A DNA stretch of 47,013 bases from the NCBI GenBank assembly GCA_045807245.1, contig JBJMHS010000041.1, forward strand, positions 1 through 47,013. The letters run 5' to 3'. Position numbers and translations under genes: made by a program. The DNA is from Actinomycetales bacterium (lineage in GTDB: Bacteria > Actinomycetota > Actinomycetes > Actinomycetales > CAVURS01). Each line of letters opens with the position of its first letter. The first letter of the stretch is position 1. This document shows positions 18,188-25,976 of the stretch, in pieces. A model generated the notes under the pieces. That model saw only the letters and a program-made list of their open reading frames with translations, had not been told where the DNA came from and did no database searches.

Positions 18188-18871
18188 GTGAACGTCGTCC
18201 CGCTCTCTGCCGCCGCCCTGGCCGAACGTCTGGCCGAGGCGGCGGTTTCGTTGTCCCTGGCTGCCGCGGCTGCCGACCCGCCGTACGGCGTGCGCGTCGG
18301 CGTGGATGGAGCGGTCCAGGGCGACTCAGAGCCGCTCGCGGACGATGTGGCCGGCGCGGTGGCTGCAGCGGGCCGACCGGTAGCACGGGTCCGGCGGGCC
18401 GACTTCCTCCGGCCCCGGTCGGTGCGGCTCGAGCTGGGTGCCGACGACCCGGATGCGGGCTGGGAGCGCTGGTACGACGACGCGGCGCTGCGGCGCGAGG
18501 TGCTGGACTCTCTCGCCCCCGCGGCGGCCCGACCCGCATCGCCTCCCGTCCGGCCGCCCGCCTGGCTGCCCGCACTGTGGGACGAGGAGCGCGACCGGTC
18601 CGTGCGCGCGGACCGCGTGCTGGCCGCACCGGGGCAGGTCGTCGTCGTGGACGGTCCGTACCTGTTGCGCCGGGAGCTGGCCGACGGGTTCGACGTCGTC
18701 GTGCACCTGGAGACCTCGGACGCCGCGCTGGCCCGCCGGGTGGCGACCGCCGAGCTCGACCGCGTCACGGCCTCGTGGCGCCGGTACGTCGGGGAGACGG
18801 CACCGGCCGAGCGGGCGTCGTGCGTCGTCCGCCTCGAGGACCCGCGGCATCCGGCCCTGGTCGAGAACTAG
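18188..18871 (+). CDS. Uridine kinase-like P-loop protein
   Basis: RVGVDGA, DFLRPRSVRLE, LRREVLD, LWDEERDRS and VVDGPYLL. Confidence 0.75.
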   Translation: MNVVPLSAAALAERLAEAAVSLSLAAAAADPPYGVRVGVDGAVQGDSEPLADDVAGAVAAAGRPVARVRRADFLRPRSVRLELGADDPDAGWERWYDDAALRREVLDSLAPAAARPASPPVRPPAWLPALWDEERDRSVRADRVLAAPGQVVVVDGPYLLRRELADGFDVVVHLETSDAALARRVATAELDRVTASWRRYVGETAPAERASCVVRLEDPRHPALVEN

Positions 18872-18902
18872 CGCTCGAGGACGCACCTCTCATCACACCT
18901 GC

Positions 18903-19004
18903 TCTGCCGTGAGTCGCCGCAGGAGTCACAGCAGTCTGCTCTGAGTCGCCGGAGGGTCACAGCAGAGTGTTGTTGAAGGGAGAGAGGGTCCTGCTCTGAG
19001 TCGC
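18903..19004. repeat. Tandem REP-like palindrome cluster (2 full ~32-bp units plus 1 half unit)
   Basis: Units 18903-18934 and 18935-18966; half unit CTGCTCTGAGTCGC at 18991. Confidence 0.8.
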
Positions 19005-19078
19005 GACGTCAGCGGGGCGCCACCACGAGGAGCAGGTCGCCGCCCTCGACCTGGCCCACGGACGCCAAGGCGGCGCGC
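18957..19078. repeat. 122-bp direct repeat, left copy
   Basis: 119/122 identical to 22409-22530 by manual alignment. Confidence 0.95.
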
Positions 19079-19091
19079 CCTCCTCGAGCAC
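19009..19091 (-). pseudogene. Remnant duplicate of the pyc 3' end
   Basis: Encodes RAALASVGQVEGGDLLLVVAPR*, versus ...VVAPS* in the intact pyc. Confidence 0.85.
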
Positions 19092-19106
19092 TGAGCGCGG
19101 GTTCGC

Positions 19107-19136
19107 TCTGCTCTGATACCACGTGGAATCAGAGCA
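19107..19136. terminator. Diverged REP-like hairpin just downstream of the cassette operon
   Basis: TGCTCTGATACCA-CG-TGGAATCAGAGCA, about 10 nt after the stop at 19146. Confidence 0.6.
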
Positions 19137-19145
19137 CGCCAGATG

Positions 19146-19721
19146 TCAGGCAGCGTTATCGCGTAGGACATAGACAACCGGGCCCGCAATGCCAAGGATC
19201 ACCGCAGCACAGGTGGCGGTCCCGCAGTAAGTCGGCTGTAGCAGCAACGCCCAGCCGTATGGCTCACCAGTCCAGGAGACCGTCCCGCCCACAGTGGTGA
19301 GCGCGACGACGAGTGCGGAGGGCAGCCACGCGGTCAGGGATGACATCACCTGAGCGCACACCAGGCCGAGGCCTGCAGTCATGGCCAGGTTGCGCAGGCT
19401 CACCGCACCGGCGCCGGCCTGGCCGTGGAACGCCACGCGGCCCGCTAGCCAGGCACCCGTCCCGACTGCAATCAACCAGACGCCCCGCGTGATCCTGAGC
19501 CGCGCCGACGTCAACGGCTCGAGTGTTCCGGCTGGCCGACTGCACACGACTGGAACGAAGACCCCAGCAGCCGCTGCCAGCAACGGTGCCAAGCCGAGCC
19601 GGGCCGCCCGGAAGCGCAGGTCAACCAGCTCGATCGGGACCTGGGTCGCCGCGGCGGCAACCGCACTGACGAGACAGACTGCGCGCAGACCGCCCCGGCT
19701 GCGCGCGAACAGTCTCAGCAC
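19146..19721 (-). CDS. Hypothetical integral membrane protein (putative ABC permease / immunity component)
   Basis: Several hydrophobic segments; overlaps the upstream stop; last gene of a 4-gene operon. Confidence 0.65.
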   Translation of the reverse strand: MLRLFARSRGGLRAVCLVSAVAAAATQVPIELVDLRFRAARLGLAPLLAAAAGVFVPVVCSRPAGTLEPLTSARLRITRGVWLIAVGTGAWLAGRVAFHGQAGAGAVSLRNLAMTAGLGLVCAQVMSSLTAWLPSALVVALTTVGGTVSWTGEPYGWALLLQPTYCGTATCAAVILGIAGPVVYVLRDNAA

Positions 19722-20932
19722 GCGGCTCGGATCGAATCCAAAGCGCTGCGCGCTTCCTCGGCCGTGGTCACGCGCGCTGTCTCGACATAGAGATCGTCGG
19801 GGAATCCGCTTGACGTGGCAACCCAGTCGGCCAAGCGGATCTGCAACGTCAATAGCGCACTGTCATCGGTCGTCGGAGCAGCGCTGCAGTTGCTGGCCGT
19901 TCTGACCAGATCAAGGGCGAGGTTGGAGGCGTCAACAGGTCCAGATGGCGTGAGGCTGACGGCGCCGACGCCGGACACAGGCCGCGAGCCAGCGACCCGC
20001 GGCCCCGCCTGGTCGAAACGCGACGGAAGTGAACTGGGGTCGATCGACCCCAGCGACCTCGCCAGCGCAGCCAACGCCCGCGCGTGAGCAGCCAGCCGCG
20101 GTGCATAGTCCCGGTTGACGCAAAGCATCGGCTGAGTTGTCGAGCAGACCGGCCGGTGGTCCTCGCCGGCCAGGACGTAGGGCTCGGCGCTCTGGCGATG
20201 GAGGTTAGTCGCCGCCACGACCACGACGGCGAGGACTGCCAAGTCCAGCAACTGGGCAGCCGGTCCGTGAACCATGACCCACAGGCCCGCGAGCGCAAGG
20301 GCCACCCACCAGAAGGTCGCCGCGACCGTGAACGGCACGTGCGGGCGCAGACCGGTGGTGTCGCCAGTCGCGGCATCCACCCGTAGGTAGACGTCCAACC
20401 GACCGACTACGACAACAGTCATCAGGGCAAGCCAGGTCAGACCGACTACCGGTGGTGCGGCCACACTCGGCCACCACCAGCCGATCGCTGAGCCCACGAT
20501 GACGGCCGCGACCACCGCAGCCAGCGCGGGGACGACCGGCAACCAGGGCAAATGCCAGGAGTGATGCACCCAGGCCGCACTAGCACCGCACACCAAGACA
20601 CCGAAAAGATGTGCCGTCAGCGCCCATGCCGTCAGGGCCAGGACCCGAGCGCCTTGTCCGCGTAGCCGACTTCTCTGGGACAACAAGAACTGCGCCGCTC
20701 CCCGGCGGCGATAGAGCACGGACTCGCCGGCCGCGACTGCGCCTGCCAGCGGGATGAGGACGTATGTCGCCGCGTTACTCCAAGACGCCGTCCACTGCCA
20801 CTCGATCGCCCATACACGGTCCCGGGCGAAAGCGTTCATGAACTCCGCCGTGGTGAACAACGGGAACGCCCACATGCCGACCGACCGACGCACGACTGCT
20901 ACCGCGAGGAACGGCATTGCTCGCGTCGTCAC
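19715..20932 (-). CDS. Putative ABC permease with C-terminal extracytoplasmic Cys-containing domain
   Basis: About 7 TM segments followed by PVCSTTQPMLCV; GTGA-coupled to the ATPase. Confidence 0.72.
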   Translation of the reverse strand: MTTRAMPFLAVAVVRRSVGMWAFPLFTTAEFMNAFARDRVWAIEWQWTASWSNAATYVLIPLAGAVAAGESVLYRRRGAAQFLLSQRSRLRGQGARVLALTAWALTAHLFGVLVCGASAAWVHHSWHLPWLPVVPALAAVVAAVIVGSAIGWWWPSVAAPPVVGLTWLALMTVVVVGRLDVYLRVDAATGDTTGLRPHVPFTVAATFWWVALALAGLWVMVHGPAAQLLDLAVLAVVVVAATNLHRQSAEPYVLAGEDHRPVCSTTQPMLCVNRDYAPRLAAHARALAALARSLGSIDPSSLPSRFDQAGPRVAGSRPVSGVGAVSLTPSGPVDASNLALDLVRTASNCSAAPTTDDSALLTLQIRLADWVATSSGFPDDLYVETARVTTAEEARSALDSIRAAC

Positions 20933-21645
20933 GAGGTGAGCCGAACGAAGGCGGCCTCGAGCGGGGACAGCGAGTCCTCAGAAGCTGCGTGTCCGACCAG
21001 GTCAGCAACGGGGCCGTTGTACGCCACCCGACCCTCCCGCAGCACGCACAGCCAGGAGGCAATATGTTCGACGTCCTCCACCAGATGAGTCGCGACCACG
21101 ACGGTCCGCCTCTCGGCCAGCCGCGCGATGAGGGACCGGAAGCCGACCCGCTGCGTCGGATCGAAGCCAGTCGTGGGCTCGTCGAGTACCAACACGGCCG
21201 GTTCGGTCAGCAATGTTTGCGCCAACATCGCCCGGCGCCGCTGGCCGCCAGAGAGCCGAGAGAGCCGGACCTGCGCTTGGCCCGCGAGATCCACGTCGCG
21301 GATCGCGTCGCGCACACGCTGCTCACGTTGCCGGCGCCGCACGCCGCGGGACCAGGCGAGATAGGCGAGGAACTCCGTCACGGTGAACTGACCCGGCCAC
21401 TCGGCCTGCTGCGGAAGGTAGCCGACATCGCGGGCGCGCGTCGGCTCGGCACCCAACACCCGAACCGTTCCCCGTTGCACGGTCAGAGTTCCGGCCAGAA
21501 GTCCGAGCAGCGTGCTCTTGCCCGAGCCGTTCGGCCCGAGGAGCCCGATGACACCACTCGGCCAACGGACTGAGACACCGCTCAGGACTGCTTGGCTACC
21601 CCGGTAGCTGTACCCCACCGACTCCAGGGAGACCGCGGCCGTCAC
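20929..21645 (-). CDS. ABC transporter ATP-binding protein
   Basis: GPNGSGKST, LSGGQRRR, VLDEPTTGFD and the THL H-loop. GTG 21645 overlaps the upstream TGA. Confidence 0.93.
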   Translation of the reverse strand: MTAAVSLESVGYSYRGSQAVLSGVSVRWPSGVIGLLGPNGSGKSTLLGLLAGTLTVQRGTVRVLGAEPTRARDVGYLPQQAEWPGQFTVTEFLAYLAWSRGVRRRQREQRVRDAIRDVDLAGQAQVRLSRLSGGQRRRAMLAQTLLTEPAVLVLDEPTTGFDPTQRVGFRSLIARLAERRTVVVATHLVEDVEHIASWLCVLREGRVAYNGPVADLVGHAASEDSLSPLEAAFVRLTS

Positions 21646-22100
21646 GGATAGAGGGTCGGGCTGGACACACAAGGGTCTGGTCTCAGGCTGACGTCGATGC
21701 ACACGTCGGCCCAGTCTCTGTTGGTCGGCCAGGCCCGGGTGGTCGTCAGGGTGATTGTCCTGACGTTGTTGGACGTACCTATCTCTGGCGTTTTCTTGAC
21801 CGTCGGGTCTCCCCACTCCCAGTGGCACACCGCAGGATCGGGGTAGCACGTGTGCCAAAACGGTTGGAAGTTTGCCCGGACATAGGCGCCGTGGCCGTCG
21901 GCTCGGCGGTCCTGGTAAGTGGACGACTGCAGTTCGGCGCTCGAGGACTCCCAGTAGGTCCCGTAGCCACTGGCGACGAGGTTGCCGCCGTAGTAGTCAT
22001 ACAGCGCGCCCCAGAATGTCGACGCCTGGGCGGCGGACCCGCCGAGCCCGACAAAGGCGACGCCGAGAACGACCAGTCCGGTGCGATGACGCAGCTCCAC
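21642..22100 (-). CDS. Small secreted protein (152 aa, signal peptide, 4 Cys)
   Basis: AGGGGG RBS plus GTG. N-terminus ELRHRTGLVVLGVAFVGLGGSAAQA (AQA cleavage site). Trp/Tyr-rich mature part ending VCIDVSLRPDPC. Confidence 0.78.
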   Translation of the reverse strand: MELRHRTGLVVLGVAFVGLGGSAAQASTFWGALYDYYGGNLVASGYGTYWESSSAELQSSTYQDRRADGHGAYVRANFQPFWHTCYPDPAVCHWEWGDPTVKKTPEIGTSNNVRTITLTTTRAWPTNRDWADVCIDVSLRPDPCVSSPTLYP

Positions 22101-22137
22101 GATGAAAGCCCCCTGCTCTCGATGGACGCTTTCCGGC

Positions 22138-22167
22138 ACCATAGAACTGCTACTTATAAGTGGTCAA
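22138..22167 (-). promoter_or_regulatory. Sigma70-type promoter of the cassette operon with a palindromic spacer
   Basis: TTGACC-N18-TATGGT; the spacer contains the perfect palindrome ACTTATAAGT (22152-22161). Confidence 0.7.
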
Positions 22168-22322
22168 GAGTCGCAAGCCGGACAGCGAGCGTGGACTTGT
22201 GGGCCAACGCTGTGGGCGCGGTCCTGGGAGCCGGAAGCTACGCCGTCGCCATTCGCTTCGCTCAACACTGCCCACGGCGGCCAGCTCGAAGTGAGCGTCC
22301 GAGTCGATGATCGCTTCGACGT

Positions 22323-22456
22323 TCTGCTGTGAGTCGTCGGGTGACTCACGGGCACTGGTCTGAGTCGCGCGTGGACTCAGAGCGCTCTGCTCCGAGTCGC
22401 GGGGTGACTCACAGCAGAGTGTTGTTGAAGGTAGAGAGGGTCCTGCTCTGAGTCGC
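22323..22456. repeat. Tandem REP-like palindrome cluster (3 full units plus 1 half unit)
   Basis: Units at about 22323-22354, 22355-22384 and 22385-22419, each GAGTC-N6-7-GACTC. Confidence 0.8.
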
Positions 22457-22530
22457 GACGTCAGCTGGGCGCCACCACGAGGAGCAGGTCGCCGCCCTCG
22501 ACCTGGCCCACGGACGCCAAGGCGGCCCGC
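22409..22530. repeat. 122-bp direct repeat, right copy (includes the pyc stop)
   Basis: Matches 18957-19078 at an offset of 3452. Confidence 0.95.
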
Positions 22531-25500
22531 TGCACGACTCCCGCGACCGGTGTCGTGATGGAGGCCTCCATCTTCATCGCCTCGATGGTCGCGACGGTCT
22601 GCCCCGCAGCCACCTCGTCGCCGACGTTCACCGCCAGCGTCACGACGCCTCCGAACGGCGCCGCTACCTGCCCGGGCACGCCGGGATCGGCCTTCTCCGT
22701 CGTCGGCACGCTGCTCGCCACCGAGCGGTCGCGGACCTGAACCGGGCGGAGCTGCCCGTTGAGCCGGCACATGACGGTCCGCAGGCCGCGCTCGTCCGGG
22801 TCGCTGATGGCCTCGAGCCCGGCGAACAGGCGCACGCCCTCCTCCAGCACGACCTCGTGCTCCTCGCCGGGGCGCAGGCCGTAGAGGAACTCCAGGGTCG
22901 GCACCACGGTCAGATCGCCGTACTGCGCCTGAGAGTCGGCCAGGTCGCGGGCGGGCCCCGGGAAGAGCAGCCGGTTGAGCGTGGGCCGCGGCCGATCGAC
23001 GAGGGCGGCGCGGTCGTCGTCGCCGAGCTTCTCCTCCCGCGGCCGGGCGGTGCGACCGGCGAGTGCCTTGGTGCGGAACGGCTCCGGCCAGCCGGCCGGC
23101 GGGTCCCCCAGCTCGCCGGACAGGAAGCCGACGACGGAGTCCGGGATGTCGAACCGGGCCGGGTCGGCGGCGAACTCGGCCGGGTCGGCGCCGACGGCGA
23201 CGAGGTGCAGGGCCAGGTCGCCGACGACCTTGCTGCTCGGTGTGACCTTGACGATGTGGCCCAGGATCCGGTCGGCCGCGGCGTACATGTCCTCGATCTG
23301 TTCGAACTTCTCAGCCAGGCCGAGCGCGATGGCCTGCTGGCGCAGGTTCGACAGCTGGCCGCCCGGGATCTCGTGCACGTAGACCCGGCCGGTCGGCGCG
23401 GGGACACCCGACTCGAACGGTGCGTAAAGGCGGCGGACGGACTCCCAGTACGGCTCGAGCGCCATCACGTCTGCGATGTCGAGCCCCGTCTCACGCGGGC
23501 CGTGGTCCGTCGCCGCCACGAGGGCCGTCATCGACGGCTGGCTGGTCGTCCCCGACATCGGAGCGCTCGCCGCGTCGACCGCGTCGACGCCCGCGTCGAT
23601 GGCGGCCAGGAGCGTGGCGAGCTGCCCGCCCGCCGTGTCGTGCGTGTGCAGGTGCACCGGCAGGTCGAACCGCGACCGCAGCGCCGTGACCAGGCGGTGC
23701 GCCGCCGGCGCGCGCAGCAGCCCCGCCATGTCCTTGATCGCCAGCACGTGCGCACCGGTGTCGGCGATCCGCTCGGCCAGCCGCAGGTAGTAGTCCAGCG
23801 TGTAGAGCCGCTCGCCCGGGTCGGACAGGTCGCCGGTGTAGCAGAGCGCCACCTCGGCCACGGCGGTGCCGGTGGAACGCACGGCCTCGACGGCGGGTCG
23901 CATCTGCTCGACGTCGTTGAGGGCGTCGAAGATGCGGAAGACGTCGATGCCGGTGCGTGCCGCCTCGGCGACGAAGGCGTCGCTGACCTCGGTCGGGTAC
24001 GGCGTGTAGCCCACCGTGTTGCGGCCGCGCAGGAGCATCTGCAGGCACAGGTTCGGCATCGCCTCGCGCAGGGCGGCCAGGCGCTCCCACGGGTCCTCGG
24101 CCAGGAAGCGAAGAGCAACGTCGTACGTCGCGCCGCCCCACGCCTCGACGCTCCACAGCTGTGGGGTCAGCCGGGCGACGGGCCCGGCGACCGCCACGAG
24201 GTCACGGGTGCGGACGCGGGTCGCGAGCAACGACTGGTGCGCGTCCCTGAACGTCGTGTCCGTCACCCGCACATCAGAGTCCCCGCGCAGGCGAGCCGCG
24301 AAGGCCTCAGGACCTAGCTCCCGCAGCACGTTTCGGCTCCCGGGGGGTGGCGCCGCGGCTGCGGCGTCCCCCAGGTCGGGCAGCTTGGTGGCCGGCTCGA
24401 GACTGGCCCGCGGTACGCCGTACGGCTGGTTGACGGTGACGTCGGCGAGGTAGGTGAGCAGCTTGGTCCCGCGGTCGGCGCTGGCGCGCGCGGTGAGCAG
24501 GCCGGGATGCGTCTCGATGAAGGACGTCGTCACGCCGCCGGCGACGAAGTCGGAGTCGTCCAGCACGGCCTGGAGGAACGGGATGTTGGTCGCCACGCCG
24601 CGGATCCGGAACTCGGCGACGGCACGCCGGGCCCGGGCCACCGCGGCAGGGAAGTCACGCCCGCGACAGGTGAGCTTGGTCAGCAGCGAGTCGAAGTGGG
24701 CACTCACCTCGGCGCCCTGGAACGTCGTACCGCCGTCCAGCCGGATGCCCGCGCCACCCGGTGAGCGGTACGCCGTGATCCGCCCGGTGTCCGGCCGGAA
24801 GCCGTTGGCCGGGTCCTCGGTGGTGATGCGGCACTGCAAGGCCGCCCCGCGAACGCGAATCCCGCTCTGCTGCAACCCGATCTGCGCCAGCGTCTCGCCG
24901 GAGGCCAGACGCATCTGGGACTGCACCAGGTCGACATCGGTGACCTCCTCGGTCACCGTGTGCTCGACCTGGATGCGCGGGTTCATCTCGATGAAGACGT
25001 GCCGGCCGGCCGGGTCGACCAGGAACTCCACCGTGCCTGCGTTGACGTAGCCGATCCGGCGCGCGAAGGCGACCGCGTCGGCGCAGATGCGTTCGCGCAG
25101 AGCGGGGTCGAGGTCGGGCGCCGGCGCGATCTCGATGACCTTCTGATGTCGCCGCTGGACCGAGCAGTCGCGCTCGAACAGGTGGATCACGTCGCCGGTG
25201 GCATCGGCCAGGATCTGCACCTCGATGTGCCGCGGCTCGACGACGGCCTGCTCGAGGAACACGGTCGGGTCGCCGAACGCCGACTCCGCCTCCCGCATGG
25301 CCACCTCCACGGCCGCCTGCAGCTCCTCGACCCGCTCGACCCGGCGCATGCCGCGTCCGCCGCCGCCCGCGACGGCCTTGACGAAGACGGGGAACTCGAG
25401 ATCTCGGGCCCGGCCGACGATCTCGGCAGCGGAGGCGGAAGGGGCGACGCTCGCCAGGACGGGCACACCCGCCTCGCGGGCCGCGGCGACGGCCGAGGCC

Positions 25501-25850
25501 TTGTTCCCGGTCAGGTGCAGCACGCTCGGCGGTGGTCCGACGAACGTGATGCCCTCGCGCTCGCACGCCTCGGCGAGCAACGGGTTCTCGGACAGGAAGC
25601 CGTAGCCCGGATACACCGCGTCGGCGCCCGCCTGGAGCGCGGCCCCGACGATGGCTTCGGGGTCGAGGTAGGCCCGCACCGGGTGGCCGCGCTCGCCGAT
25701 CTCGTACGCCGCGTCAGCCTTCAGCCGGTGCTCGGAGTTGCGGTCCTCCCAGGGGAAGACCGCGACGGTACGGGCGCCCAGCTCGTACGCCGCGCGGAAC
25801 GCGCGGACGGCGATCTCACCGCGGTTGGCGACCAGGACCGTGCGGAACAC
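22461..25850 (-). CDS. pyc: Pyruvate carboxylase
   Basis: LVANRGEIA, RDCSVQRRHQK, FRDAHQSLLATR, HLHTHDT and the biotinyl motif EAMKM. Confidence 0.97.
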   Translation of the reverse strand: MFRTVLVANRGEIAVRAFRAAYELGARTVAVFPWEDRNSEHRLKADAAYEIGERGHPVRAYLDPEAIVGAALQAGADAVYPGYGFLSENPLLAEACEREGITFVGPPPSVLHLTGNKASAVAAAREAGVPVLASVAPSASAAEIVGRARDLEFPVFVKAVAGGGGRGMRRVERVEELQAAVEVAMREAESAFGDPTVFLEQAVVEPRHIEVQILADATGDVIHLFERDCSVQRRHQKVIEIAPAPDLDPALRERICADAVAFARRIGYVNAGTVEFLVDPAGRHVFIEMNPRIQVEHTVTEEVTDVDLVQSQMRLASGETLAQIGLQQSGIRVRGAALQCRITTEDPANGFRPDTGRITAYRSPGGAGIRLDGGTTFQGAEVSAHFDSLLTKLTCRGRDFPAAVARARRAVAEFRIRGVATNIPFLQAVLDDSDFVAGGVTTSFIETHPGLLTARASADRGTKLLTYLADVTVNQPYGVPRASLEPATKLPDLGDAAAAAPPPGSRNVLRELGPEAFAARLRGDSDVRVTDTTFRDAHQSLLATRVRTRDLVAVAGPVARLTPQLWSVEAWGGATYDVALRFLAEDPWERLAALREAMPNLCLQMLLRGRNTVGYTPYPTEVSDAFVAEAARTGIDVFRIFDALNDVEQMRPAVEAVRSTGTAVAEVALCYTGDLSDPGERLYTLDYYLRLAERIADTGAHVLAIKDMAGLLRAPAAHRLVTALRSRFDLPVHLHTHDTAGGQLATLLAAIDAGVDAVDAASAPMSGTTSQPSMTALVAATDHGPRETGLDIADVMALEPYWESVRRLYAPFESGVPAPTGRVYVHEIPGGQLSNLRQQAIALGLAEKFEQIEDMYAAADRILGHIVKVTPSSKVVGDLALHLVAVGADPAEFAADPARFDIPDSVVGFLSGELGDPPAGWPEPFRTKALAGRTARPREEKLGDDDRAALVDRPRPTLNRLLFPGPARDLADSQAQYGDLTVVPTLEFLYGLRPGEEHEVVLEEGVRLFAGLEAISDPDERGLRTVMCRLNGQLRPVQVRDRSVASSVPTTEKADPGVPGQVAAPFGGVVTLAVNVGDEVAAGQTVATIEAMKMEASITTPVAGVVQRAALASVGQVEGGDLLLVVAPS

Positions 25851-25976
25851 GGGACCAGGATCGCGCCAGACGGCGGAGGCCGGTCCACCTGTCCATCAGG
25901 CGGACCGGCCGCGCCGGCCAGAACGCGGCCAGCCTCAGCCTGACCTCCGTCAGCCTCGGCCCGACGTCAGCCGGGC

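Larger units (their letters stand above)
18957..22530. mobile_element. Putative integrated cassette / genomic islet at the 3' end of pyc (no integrase)
   Basis: Bounded by 122-bp direct repeats containing the pyc 3' end. Interior genes are visibly richer in A/T-ending codons than the flanks. Confidence 0.7.

Noticed and set aside
22190..22322. Possible gene fragment (VEAIIDSDAHFELAAVG, minus strand) at the right end of the cassette
   Set aside because: Too short, with no start or RBS, and cannot be assigned to a family without a search.
19080..22410. Integrase, transposase or prophage genes in the cassette
   Set aside because: No tyrosine/serine recombinase, DDE or HUH motifs in any listed ORF.
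22323..22456. CRISPR array
   Set aside because: The ~32-bp units abut one another with no unique spacers, are degenerate palindromes, and no cas operon is present.
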